Assembly (NCBI GenBank): GCA_964654465.1
Contig: CAZZIO010000036.1
Location: 1 to 24,770, forward strand
Direction: 5' to 3'
Origin: an uncultured Dictyoglomota bacterium
GTDB lineage: Bacteria > Dictyoglomota > Dictyoglomia > Dictyoglomales > Dictyoglomaceae
Length of the DNA stretch: 24,770 nucleotides
Part shown: piece after piece, positions 1 through 8,898 of the stretch
Position numbering within the stretch: position 1 is the stretch's first letter
Layout: every line of letters begins with the position of its first letter
Program-made: the position numbers and the translations under genes
Notes under the pieces: model-generated
Database searches by the model: none
Seen by the model: only the letters and a program-made list of their open reading frames with translations
What the model was told of the DNA's origin: nothing

Positions 1-306
1 TATATATAAAGCAGAAACCGTACCAGGCGTAAAAATAAGCCACTCAGGTTTAACATCCCAGTTAAACTTTGACTTAATTCTTTCAATCACTGCATCTATA
101 AGAGATTCAGGAATAGTAGTATATCCATAAATTGCATGTTCAGCCCTTTTCAAAATTGCTTCGTATATAGGCCTCGCAACTTCAAAATCCATATCTGCAA
201 TCCACATGGGAAGAACATCTTTATCCCCAAATATATCATGAACAGCATCCCACTTTAATGAGGCTGTATTTCGTCTATTTATAACTTTATCAAAGTTATA
301 TTTCAT
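1..306 (-). CDS. MalY/PatB-family PLP-dependent C-S lyase/aminotransferase (5' part; runs off the left edge)
   Basis: Not in the ORF track. Manual translation from ATG at 306 (SD GGAGGC upstream) gives MKYNFDKVINRRNTASLKWD...VLPMWIADMDF...HAIYGY...FTPGTVSALYI, with the S-x-KWD and PMWIADMDF signatures of MalY/PatB. Confidence 0.9.
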   Translation of the reverse strand, partial: MKYNFDKVINRRNTASLKWDAVHDIFGDKDVLPMWIADMDFEVARPIYEAILKRAEHAIYGYTTIPESLIDAVIERIKSKFNWDVKPEWLIFTPGTVSALYI

Positions 307-376
307 AACTGCCTCCGACAAAATTTATTTTACAACATTATAAAGCATAATGTACTAAAAAACATACTTAACCATT

Positions 377-677
377 GGTATTGTCTCATTAGTTGTACAA
401 ATCTTTGAGAGGTATTTTAAATTTATTTCACAAGGAGGTCAAAAAGCTACTTAAACACCTTTTGGAAAACCTCATGCTTGGAAAGCAATATTAACTTTTT
501 GAATTATCCGAAGGAGATAAGACAATTTATATACACAACAGATCAACTTTGAGAGGCTATTATACTTGATTTTTTAAGATGGGAGATTAAACTCAAAGAG
601 ATTAAGGGACTTAAGGGAGTGTAAAATGGATACTATACCCTTTAAATAAAATTTTACATAATAAAAGAGATGCTACG
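377..677 (+). mobile_element. Internally deleted IS256-family element remnant (MITE-like)
   Basis: Three broken transposase-like peptides: HKEVKKLLKHLLENLML (429-479), FLNYPKEIRQFIYTTDQL* (496-552, resembling the IS256 YP.EIR..IYTTN..E motif) and ERLLYLIF*DGRLNSKRLR (551 onward). Degenerate terminal IRs: GGTATTGTCTCATTAGTTGTACAAA versus the reverse complement of 653-677, 15/25 matches. Flanking direct repeat taaccatt (369-376) / aaaccatt (678-685). Confidence 0.75.
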
Positions 678-804
678 AAACCATTTATTAATATTTCAAT
701 TCAGAATCTACAATTTTTTCAAACTTTCTTCAATTTTCAAACTTTCTTCTATTATGATAATATCTATTATAGATAATACTTTCTGAAAAAAGGAGAAAAT
801 TTTA

Positions 805-1725
805 ATGTTAAAAGATGTAATAATATTCATAATAAGCTTATTCTTTCTAATAAAAGGATCCGATAAATTTACTGAATATTTAAAAATAATAGGGATAAAA
901 CTAAGAGTAAAAGATTTCGTTATTAGCCTTATACTAGCAAGTATTGCCACAACACTTCCTGAAATCATAGTATCCATAATCTCCTCATTAAAGGGAAATA
1001 GTAATTTAGCCCTTGGTAATGCCTTAGGAAGTGTTATTGTTAATACCGCCTTAATTCTTGGTATATGTTCTCTCATATCTCCCATGAAAGTGGATGATTT
1101 AGCGTGGAAAAATTCATTTTTTTTATTATTTATTAATTTCCTCTTATTTTTATTAATGTTTGATATGAAAATATCAAGATTTGAAGGCTTTATTTTATTA
1201 ATCCTGTATGCTATATTTATCTATATAATTTATAGGGTTAAAGGAGACAACAAGTCTGAAAATTACCAAGACCAAAACTCAGCAATAAAAATTTTTATAC
1301 TTATGATACTTAGTATAGGAGTAGTTATTGTTAGTTCAAGATTTTTAGTAGAGAGTAGTATAAATATTGCTCGCTTTCTCAATATTTCAGAACTTATAAT
1401 AGGCCTTACATTAGTAGCATTAGGTACTTCTCTTCCAGAACTTGCTAATTCTGTTATTTCAACAATAAAAAAAGTGCCAGATATAGGAGTTGGAAATATA
1501 ATAGGTGCAAGTATACTAAATGTATTAGTGGTGATAGGAATAGCATCTATAATAAATCCCATAAAAGTTGATCAAAAATTTATCACTTATATAATGCCAG
1601 TAATACTAATCACCTTACTTGCATTGAGTATATCTCTTAAAAGGGATAACATTATAGGAAAGAAAACAGGGCTTATCCTTCTTTCTTTATATTTCATTTC
1701 TATAATACTAAATTTTATTTTTTAA
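805..1725 (+). CDS. Ca2+/cation antiporter (CaCA, YrbG/NCX_Mj-like Na+/Ca2+ exchanger)
   Basis: About 10 hydrophobic segments in two internal repeats, with alpha-repeat motifs ATTLPE...GNALGS and GTSLPE...GNIIG. SD AGGAG upstream. Confidence 0.92.
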   Translation: MLKDVIIFIISLFFLIKGSDKFTEYLKIIGIKLRVKDFVISLILASIATTLPEIIVSIISSLKGNSNLALGNALGSVIVNTALILGICSLISPMKVDDLAWKNSFFLLFINFLLFLLMFDMKISRFEGFILLILYAIFIYIIYRVKGDNKSENYQDQNSAIKIFILMILSIGVVIVSSRFLVESSINIARFLNISELIIGLTLVALGTSLPELANSVISTIKKVPDIGVGNIIGASILNVLVVIGIASIINPIKVDQKFITYIMPVILITLLALSISLKRDNIIGKKTGLILLSLYFISIILNFIF

Positions 1726-1805
1726 AATTAGGAATAATTACAAAATTTTTATGTCTAACATATTATGGGAAGAATCTAATCCATAAAAAGGGAGGTAGAG
1801 AAGAT

Positions 1806-2249
1806 ATGAACAAGAATCTTCCAAAATGGTTTCCTTACGTAATTGTGGTGATTATCATGGTAATAATTATAGGAGTGATTATCTCAACCACAGGGAAAAA
1901 GGCTCCTGAGCAAGGATCCACTCCTGAGACCCCTGCTGTTACTTCTCCTGTGGAGACTGTAAAGGAAAAAACACCAGATGAAGAGGCGTATGAAAAGGCA
2001 AGAGAATTATATTATGATGCTAAATATAAAGAAGCTATTGAAGCATATAGAAAGTTTATAAAAGACTTTCCTGACAGTGAATACGCAGACGATGCCCAAT
2101 ATGAAATTGCATTAAGCTATGAATTCCTTGAAGATTACAAAAAGGCTATAGAAGAGTATGAAAAATTAATTAAAAATTATCCTAATAGTGAATATGTGGA
2201 ATCTGCAAAATCATCAATAGATTATTTAAAGGATTATTTGAAACAATAA
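1806..2249 (+). CDS. Membrane-anchored TPR protein (BamD/YfiO/CpoB-like TPR repeats)
   Basis: N-terminal TM helix, Pro/Thr/Glu-rich linker, then two TPR units (AIEAYRKFIKDFPDSEYADDAQY; AIEEYEKLIKNYPNSEY). SD GGAGGT. Confidence 0.8.
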   Translation: MNKNLPKWFPYVIVVIIMVIIIGVIISTTGKKAPEQGSTPETPAVTSPVETVKEKTPDEEAYEKARELYYDAKYKEAIEAYRKFIKDFPDSEYADDAQYEIALSYEFLEDYKKAIEEYEKLIKNYPNSEYVESAKSSIDYLKDYLKQ

Positions 2250-2255
2250 AAAAAT

Positions 2256-2284
2256 AAAGCCCCCTATTCTATTTAGGGGGCTTT
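2256..2284. terminator. Bidirectional intrinsic terminator
   Basis: AAAGCCCCCTA-ttctatt-TAGGGGGCTTT 11-bp stem between convergent genes, with an A-tract on the left and a T-tract on the right. Confidence 0.85.
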
Positions 2285-2287
2285 TCT

Positions 2288-4615
2288 CTAAAACCTAATC
2301 TTTATTTCTTTTATACCTTTATTTGGCTTAATTAATATACCTTTATCTGTCTTTTCTAAACTACCGCCTTCTACCTTTTCTATCTCATATGTATTAAATA
2401 AAAGTACAGAAAACATCTTTCCAGAATCCTTTTCTACATTTATTACTATCTCATCTTTATCTTTTAACAAATTCACCTTTAATTCTACTTCTCTTTGCTG
2501 ATTATATATTTCACAGACTGATACTTTCCCATCTTGAGGTTCAAAAACATACAAAGTCACACCATCTGCATAGTCATAATCAGTTCTTTCCTTATTATTC
2601 CCAATAGCAATTATGCTTCCAGGTCTTGCCATAAGAGGTAAAGAGAAATAATCATACTTTTCTTTGTACCACTTACCCCCTTCTTTTCTCTCTCCTGTTA
2701 TAAGATTTGTCCATATACCTACATTAGGAAGATAATATTCCACTTCTCCCGTTTCTGAAAATATGGGAGCTACAAGTAAAGAATCTCCAAGCATATATTG
2801 TCTATCTAAGAAATGACAAGTAGGATCTTCTTCAAATTCAAGAAGCATAGCTCTCATCATTGGAATTCCTTTATTTACTGCTTCTACCGCCTTTGCAAAA
2901 AGATAAGGCATTAATTGGCATTTTAAATTTACAAAAAATCTCAATACATCTACAGCTTCTTCGTCATATAACCATGGAACCTTATAATCATGATTTCCAT
3001 GAAGTCTTGAATGGGAAGAAAGAAGTCCAAATGCTACCCATCTCTTATAAAGATCAGGAGTAGCAGAACTATCAAATCCTGCAATATCATGACTCCAAAA
3101 GGCAAATCCACAAAGACCTAAGGAAAGTCCTCCTCTTAATGTCTCTGCCATGGACTCATAAGTAGATAAACAATCTCCCCCCCAATGTACTGGAAATTTC
3201 TGACTTCCTGCAGTAGCTGATCTGGCAAACACTATAGCATTTTCCTCTCCAAGCTCCTCCTTTAATGCTTCAAAAACAGTTTTGTTATATAGATAGGTAT
3301 AAAAATTATGCATCTTTTCAGGATCTGATCCATCATAATAAACCACATCTGTAGGTATCCTTTCTCCAAAATCTGTCTTAAAAACATCAACACCCATTCT
3401 AATAAGCTCTTTTAACTTATTAGCATACCATTTTCTTGCAGATGGATTTGTAAAGTCCACAATTCCCATGCCCGGTTGCCATTCATCAGTTTGCCATACA
3501 TCACCGTGAGGCTTCTTTAAGAGATAACCCTTCTCTTTTCCTTCCTCAAAGAGTTTTGATCTTTGAGCTATATAGGGATTAATCCATACACATATTTTCA
3601 AGCCTCTATCTTTTAACCTTTTCAACATATCTTCGGGATTAGGAAACACTCTTTGATCCCATTCAAAATCAACCCAATGATATTCTTTCATCCAAAAACA
3701 ATCAAAATGGAAAACATGTAAAGGTATATTTCTCTCCTTCATTCCATCAATAAAACTTGTTACCGTTTTTTCATCGTAATTGGTTGTGAAAGACGTGGTA
3801 AGCCAAAGTCCAAAAGACCAAGAAGGAGGAAGAGCAGGCCTTCCTGTAAGAAGGGTATAATTTTCAATTACTTCCTTTAAATTTTCTCCTGCAACTATAA
3901 AGTAATTTATCTTTTCACCCTTTACACTAAATTGCACCCTTTCAACATTCTCTGTAGCTATCTCAAAAGAAACCCTCTCTGGATGATTTACAAAAACTCC
4001 ATAATCTCTATTTGTTATATAAAAAGGTATATTTTTATATGTTTGATCTGAAATAGTTCCTGCATCAGCATTCCACATATCCACCTGTTGCCCATTTTTT
4101 ATAAAAGGACTAAATCTTTCTCCAAGGCCATATACCAATTCCCCTACAGAAAGATCTAATTGCTCTACCATATAAGGAGTCTTGTTTTCATCAATAGCAT
4201 AAGCCATATGCTTGAATCCAGAAGACGTCAATTTCTTATCTTTCCAGAAGAAGGTATATTTAAACACTCCTTTTTTATTAATTTCCACCCTAAGATTTCC
4301 AGACTTTAATATGATCACATCCTCTTTATCTAATATCTCAGGTTTAAAATTTTTATCTTTATTTAACTCGAAAGATGGTCCTTTCTCTACCACCCCTTTA
4401 AAATGGTACGATATCACCTCTATAACATTAGGAAATGGAGCTGAAAAATGAATTTCTAAAAGAGGACCAAATAGAGTTTCTCCCCTATTTCTAACAAAGG
4501 TATAAGGTGCATATACTATAACTTCTTTTTCCTTAACTTCGTAATCCCAAACCATGAAAGGATAATGTATTCTTATACCTTCTCTAATACGCCAATGCCC
4601 ATCAGTAAATCTCAT
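2288..4615 (-). CDS. yicI: GH31 alpha-xylosidase
   Basis: MRFTDGHW N-terminus, HFDCFWM, nucleophile motif FKTDFGERIP, HWGGD acid/base and SHSRLHG are typical of YicI. Start placed at ATG 4615 (SD GAGGAGG) rather than 4636. Confidence 0.95.
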   Translation of the reverse strand: MRFTDGHWRIREGIRIHYPFMVWDYEVKEKEVIVYAPYTFVRNRGETLFGPLLEIHFSAPFPNVIEVISYHFKGVVEKGPSFELNKDKNFKPEILDKEDVIILKSGNLRVEINKKGVFKYTFFWKDKKLTSSGFKHMAYAIDENKTPYMVEQLDLSVGELVYGLGERFSPFIKNGQQVDMWNADAGTISDQTYKNIPFYITNRDYGVFVNHPERVSFEIATENVERVQFSVKGEKINYFIVAGENLKEVIENYTLLTGRPALPPSWSFGLWLTTSFTTNYDEKTVTSFIDGMKERNIPLHVFHFDCFWMKEYHWVDFEWDQRVFPNPEDMLKRLKDRGLKICVWINPYIAQRSKLFEEGKEKGYLLKKPHGDVWQTDEWQPGMGIVDFTNPSARKWYANKLKELIRMGVDVFKTDFGERIPTDVVYYDGSDPEKMHNFYTYLYNKTVFEALKEELGEENAIVFARSATAGSQKFPVHWGGDCLSTYESMAETLRGGLSLGLCGFAFWSHDIAGFDSSATPDLYKRWVAFGLLSSHSRLHGNHDYKVPWLYDEEAVDVLRFFVNLKCQLMPYLFAKAVEAVNKGIPMMRAMLLEFEEDPTCHFLDRQYMLGDSLLVAPIFSETGEVEYYLPNVGIWTNLITGERKEGGKWYKEKYDYFSLPLMARPGSIIAIGNNKERTDYDYADGVTLYVFEPQDGKVSVCEIYNQQREVELKVNLLKDKDEIVINVEKDSGKMFSVLLFNTYEIEKVEGGSLEKTDKGILIKPNKGIKEIKIRF

Positions 4616-4628
4616 AAAATCATCCTCC

Positions 4629-7448
4629 TCACTCAAATTTCAACCAATTTATTTTTACTTCCTTTTCTCCTCTTATATACATATCTTGTTTACCTAAAAT
4701 ATTCTCATCTAAAACAAAAACAATTTCTTCCCATTCATTAAAAGTATCTATTACATCAAAAGAAAATTCTTTATCAATTTTGCTAAAATATAAAAACATT
4801 TTGGAATTTTTGGTAGTAGATATTTCCATCCTTATCCTTTGAGAGGGTCTATAAAAATTTAAATCCTGAAATAGTATCCATGAATCTTCTTTAGGAAAGA
4901 TTACATAAGTTTCTTCCCAATTTCTTTTTGTATTGAAAACTAAATTGTATCCATCATCAAAATTAAAAGCTTTTATTCTCTCAAAAGGATCTCTATCTTC
5001 AATTTCCTCTCCCCCCACATAAATTCTTCCTCTTAATCTTATATCCTCTGATGAAGCACCAACTAAAATCTCGTATTCTCCTTTCTCAACTAAATACTTC
5101 TCTTTTCTCACATCCCATATAAAAAGCTCCGAAACAGGTACTGTAAATTCAACCTTAACCTTTTCTCCCTTTGGAATAAATATCCTTTGAAAACCTTTTA
5201 ACTGAAGCTTTGGCCTTTTTATCTTTGAATTAATAGCTCTAACATAAACTTGTGGTACCTCATCAGAATCCATATCTCCGACATTTCTAATCTCAAAACT
5301 AAGCCTTATTTCATCTTTTATTCCATAATTTTTAGAATTTAAAAATAAATTACTATATTCAAATTCAGTATAAGAAAGTCCATGTCCAAAAGGAAAGAGG
5401 GGTTCTTTATCAAAATACATATAGGTTCTCTTTTCCCTTATTACATCATAATCTATCATGGGAGGTATATCATTTACAGATTTATACCATGTAATACATA
5501 ATCTTCCTGCCGGAGAATAATTTCCAATTAATACATCTGCTATAGCATTTCCCATTTCTTGTCCCCCATGGGAAGACCATAAAATGGCTGGTATATGCTC
5601 CTTTGCCCAGTTAATAGCGTAAGGATAACTACTAATTATTAAAAGCACTGTGTTAGGATTTACTTTATAAATCTCTCTAACAAGTTTCTCTTGGTGATCT
5701 GGTAAAACAATGTCTACTCTATCTTCTCCTTCTCTTCCATTTACTAAAGGATTATTTCCTACACATAATACTACTAAATCGGATTCTTTTGCTATATTGC
5801 AAGATTTTTCTATACCATCTTCTAATTTCTCAATTATAAATTTTTCCTCTGGAAGGTTTTCAAAACTATCTTTGAATTTAATCAAATTTCCATTCTCTTC
5901 ATCTATATAAAGATATTTTCCATGCCAAGTCTTAATATAGAAGGTACCATCTCCTAAGGAATCTATTTGGAAAAGTTCCTTTACAAACCACCCAAATACT
6001 TCTTCTGATGCAGACAGGATAGAAAAATTAGAGTCATCACAAGTTAAGTATTTGTTATTTGCTAAAGATTGCAGGCTTTTATTGCCCCATCCCCAATCTA
6101 TAAATCTAAATTTTTCCCTTGGGCCAATTTCTTCACTTATAGCCCATAAAGGACTGATCTCTGATTCTATAACTCTCAAATATTTATTATTTTTTACCGA
6201 TTTTATTGCAATAATATCATAGGAATCATAATATTTTATTTCCTTATTATATAATCTGTTTACTATTCCTTGGAGAATAGAAACTTTATATGGATAAGTA
6301 CCACTATACCAATCATTATAGTTTTTATTGGCTAAAGGACCTATGACCGCAATATTATTTATTTTTTCTTTATTTATAGGAAGGAATTTATTCTGATTCT
6401 TTAAAAGTACAATAGATTTAAGAGCAGATTGATATGCAAGCTGAGAATGCTCCTTATCACATATTTTGTTAGGAGAAACATAAAATTTTTTACTTATTTC
6501 TTCATCAAATTCACCAAGTCTAAATCTTACACGAAGGGTATTAAAAACAGCCCTATCAATATCCTCTTCAGTTATTAATCCCCTTTCAAGAGCTTTCCAT
6601 GCTGATTCTATAACAAGATCAGGATCATCAGTAAAGGCATCAATTCCAGCTTTCAGAGCATAAGCCATTGTCTCGTAATGATTATCAAAAGTTTTATGTG
6701 AGGTAACTGTTTGACTAAAATCTGCAGCATCAGTTACTACATATCCACTTAATCCAAATTTCTCTTTTAAAACCTTCTTTACTATTGGATTTACTATACA
6801 AGGTACACCATTTACAGCATTGTAAGCAGTCATTATTCCCATAGCTTTTCCCTTTTCTATAACCCTCCTAAAAACATCTAAGTAATATTCATACATATTT
6901 CTGGGATCAATATTGGCGGAAAATTTATCTCTATCCTTCTCATTATTATTAGCAAAGAAGTGCTTAGGAGTCATTGCGGTTTTAAGATATACTTCATCAT
7001 CTCCTTGCATACCTTGTATATATGCACTTGCCATTTCTCCAGCAAGATAAGGATCTTCACCATAACCTTCTTCCATCCTACCCCATCTTGGATCTCTTTC
7101 CATATCTACAGTAGGAGCCCAAAGCATAAGTCCCCCAATCTTTCCCCTCATATAGTAGTAAGCTCGAGCCTCTAATGAGACCACTTCTCCTATTTTTTTC
7201 ATAAGATCTCTATCAAAGGAAGATACAAGACCAATAGGTTGAGGAAACACAGTGGCTTTTCCCAACCAAGCTACACCATGAGCGGATTCCCCACCTATAT
7301 GAAACTCTCTTATATCTAATCTGGGTATTGGTGCTTGTCTGGTAGGAAGCAACTTAATCTTTTCTTCAAGGGTAAGAAGAGAGAGAAGATTTTTTACTCT
7401 TTCATCAATAGGGAATAAAGGGTTCTTAAAAATATATTCATCTGCCAT
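4629..7448 (-). CDS. GH3 beta-glucosidase/beta-xylosidase, multi-domain, no signal peptide
   Basis: ESAHG, RDPRWGRMEEGYGEDP, KHF, MTAYN and VVTDAAD (nucleophile region). C-terminal Fn3-like QLKGFQRI...GEYEILVGASS. Carries an internal insertion and an extra C-terminal domain. SD AAGGAGG. Confidence 0.93.
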   Translation of the reverse strand: MADEYIFKNPLFPIDERVKNLLSLLTLEEKIKLLPTRQAPIPRLDIREFHIGGESAHGVAWLGKATVFPQPIGLVSSFDRDLMKKIGEVVSLEARAYYYMRGKIGGLMLWAPTVDMERDPRWGRMEEGYGEDPYLAGEMASAYIQGMQGDDEVYLKTAMTPKHFFANNNEKDRDKFSANIDPRNMYEYYLDVFRRVIEKGKAMGIMTAYNAVNGVPCIVNPIVKKVLKEKFGLSGYVVTDAADFSQTVTSHKTFDNHYETMAYALKAGIDAFTDDPDLVIESAWKALERGLITEEDIDRAVFNTLRVRFRLGEFDEEISKKFYVSPNKICDKEHSQLAYQSALKSIVLLKNQNKFLPINKEKINNIAVIGPLANKNYNDWYSGTYPYKVSILQGIVNRLYNKEIKYYDSYDIIAIKSVKNNKYLRVIESEISPLWAISEEIGPREKFRFIDWGWGNKSLQSLANNKYLTCDDSNFSILSASEEVFGWFVKELFQIDSLGDGTFYIKTWHGKYLYIDEENGNLIKFKDSFENLPEEKFIIEKLEDGIEKSCNIAKESDLVVLCVGNNPLVNGREGEDRVDIVLPDHQEKLVREIYKVNPNTVLLIISSYPYAINWAKEHIPAILWSSHGGQEMGNAIADVLIGNYSPAGRLCITWYKSVNDIPPMIDYDVIREKRTYMYFDKEPLFPFGHGLSYTEFEYSNLFLNSKNYGIKDEIRLSFEIRNVGDMDSDEVPQVYVRAINSKIKRPKLQLKGFQRIFIPKGEKVKVEFTVPVSELFIWDVRKEKYLVEKGEYEILVGASSEDIRLRGRIYVGGEEIEDRDPFERIKAFNFDDGYNLVFNTKRNWEETYVIFPKEDSWILFQDLNFYRPSQRIRMEISTTKNSKMFLYFSKIDKEFSFDVIDTFNEWEEIVFVLDENILGKQDMYIRGEKEVKINWLKFE

Positions 7449-7563
7449 AAAATATTTAAAGCCTCCTTCACAAAATAATTTTAATTTAGGATTATATAAT
7501 GATACATGAAAATAATAAATTGCAAGATTTTACTAATTTGAGTTAAATTCATAGTATAAATAG

Positions 7564-7980
7564 CTATTCACCAATTATTTTTACAAGTACTCTTTTTCTC
7601 CTCATTCCATCAAACTCACCATAAAAAACCTGCTCCCATGGACCTAAATCAAGCTTACCATCAGTAATTGCTATTACCACTTCTCTTCCCATTATGGTAC
7701 GCTTTAAATGTGCATCAGCATTATTTTCACCCACATTATGGTAATATTGATTATATGGTTTTTCAGGAGCAAGCTTTTCTAACCATATTTCAAAATCTTT
7801 TAAAAGACCTGGCTCATCATCATTGATAAAAACACTTGCAGTAATATGCATAGCATTACAAAGAAGAAGCCCCTCTTTAATTCCACTCTCATCTACACAT
7901 TTTTGCAAGGTATCTGTGATATTCACAAACCCCCTTCTTGTTGGAAGATTAAACCACAATTCTTTTCTATAGGTCTTCAT
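7564..7980 (-). CDS. yjbQ: YjbQ/UPF0047 family protein (secondary thiamine-phosphate synthase-like)
   Basis: [20 protein letters not shown] and [16 protein letters not shown] motifs. Confidence 0.93.
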   Translation of the reverse strand: MKTYRKELWFNLPTRRGFVNITDTLQKCVDESGIKEGLLLCNAMHITASVFINDDEPGLLKDFEIWLEKLAPEKPYNQYYHNVGENNADAHLKRTIMGREVVIAITDGKLDLGPWEQVFYGEFDGMRRKRVLVKIIGE

Positions 7981-8009
7981 ACCTTTGATCCCTCCTTAAA
8001 TTATAAAAA

Positions 8010-8018
8010 TGTTATAAT
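8010..8018 (+). promoter_or_regulatory. Candidate extended -10 promoter for the MNT-HEPN operon
   Basis: TGtTATAAT about 33 nt upstream of the ATG at 8051, inside an imperfect palindrome (8001-8036). Confidence 0.45.
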
Positions 8019-8050
8019 TATATTACAAATTTATAAAGGAGTATTAGGCA

Positions 8051-8434
8051 ATGAGTAAAACCTTTAGAGATTTATCCCTTGAAGAAAAAAGAAAATATAT
8101 AGAAGTCCGAAAAAGACTTGAGGAAGAAGAAAAAAAGCTATTAGACATAAGATATGAAAAGGCATTAAATTTAGCAAAAGAAATCTCTGAAATTCTTTAT
8201 AAAAAATATAAAGCTAAGAAGGTATTATTAGTGGGATCTCTTAAAGATAAAGAATTATTTACAAAATGGTCTGATATAGATTTAGCTGTATCAGGAATAT
8301 CTGATAAAGATTATTTTAAAGCAATATCTGAAGTTTTATCTTTAAGCACAGATTTTAAAATAGATATTATTGATTTGGATAGCTGTGAAGAAGAAATTAG
8401 ACTTAGTCTTGAGAGAGAAGGTATATTACTATGA
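8051..8434 (+). CDS. Minimal nucleotidyltransferase (MNT), putative antitoxin
   Basis: GSLKDKELFTKWSDIDLAV matches GS-x-DxD of Pol-beta-type MNTs, with a third acidic residue in KIDII. ATGA overlap with the downstream HEPN gene. Confidence 0.88.
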   Translation: MSKTFRDLSLEEKRKYIEVRKRLEEEEKKLLDIRYEKALNLAKEISEILYKKYKAKKVLLVGSLKDKELFTKWSDIDLAVSGISDKDYFKAISEVLSLSTDFKIDIIDLDSCEEEIRLSLEREGILL

Positions 8435-8898
8435 AAAAAATGTATTTATTAATTTCAAGTAGGATAAAAAACGAAATTATAGAGATAGAAGAAACAATAA
8501 AAAGAGCACAAAAAGCATGGGAATTAATTAAAGAAGAAGATTCGCTATATATAGATAGTGTAGCACTAAACCTTCATAACTTTTATAGTGGTTTAGAGAG
8601 AATTTTTAGTTTAATCGCTAAAGAGATAGATGGTAAAATTATAGAAACACCAGATTGGCACAAAGAACTTTTACTCCAAATGTCTATAGAAATTCCTTAT
8701 GTAAGACCTGCAATTATTTCTAAAGAGCTCAAAGAAAAACTTGAAAACTACAGAGCTTTTAGACATGTTGTTAGAAATATATACGCCTATAAGCTAAAAC
8801 CTGAAAAGATAAGAGATCTTATAACAAATCTTCCTATAATATGGGAAGAAACTAAAAAGTATCTTTTAGACTTTTGCAACTTTTTAGAGATGCAATGA
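8431..8898 (+). CDS. HEPN-domain (HepT-like) putative ribonuclease toxin
   Basis: LHNFYSGLERIF, WHKELL and FRHVVRNIY motifs of the MNT-associated HEPN family. Coupled to the MNT gene. Confidence 0.85.
   Translation: MKKMYLLISSRIKNEIIEIEETIKRAQKAWELIKEEDSLYIDSVALNLHNFYSGLERIFSLIAKEIDGKIIETPDWHKELLLQMSIEIPYVRPAIISKELKEKLENYRAFRHVVRNIYAYKLKPEKIRDLITNLPIIWEETKKYLLDFCNFLEMQ

Noticed and set aside
708-1562. Minus-strand ORFs 708-1085 and 1263-1562
   Set aside because: Antisense shadows of the antiporter gene, with no family motifs.
2860-7175. Short plus-strand ORFs at 2860, 4212, 5710 and 6960
   Set aside because: Fully inside the well-supported GH31 and GH3 genes on the opposite strand, with no recognisable motifs.
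7846-8058. 70-aa plus-strand ORF abutting the MNT gene, as a possible third TA component
   Set aside because: Mostly antisense to yjbQ, crosses the promoter region and has no motif.
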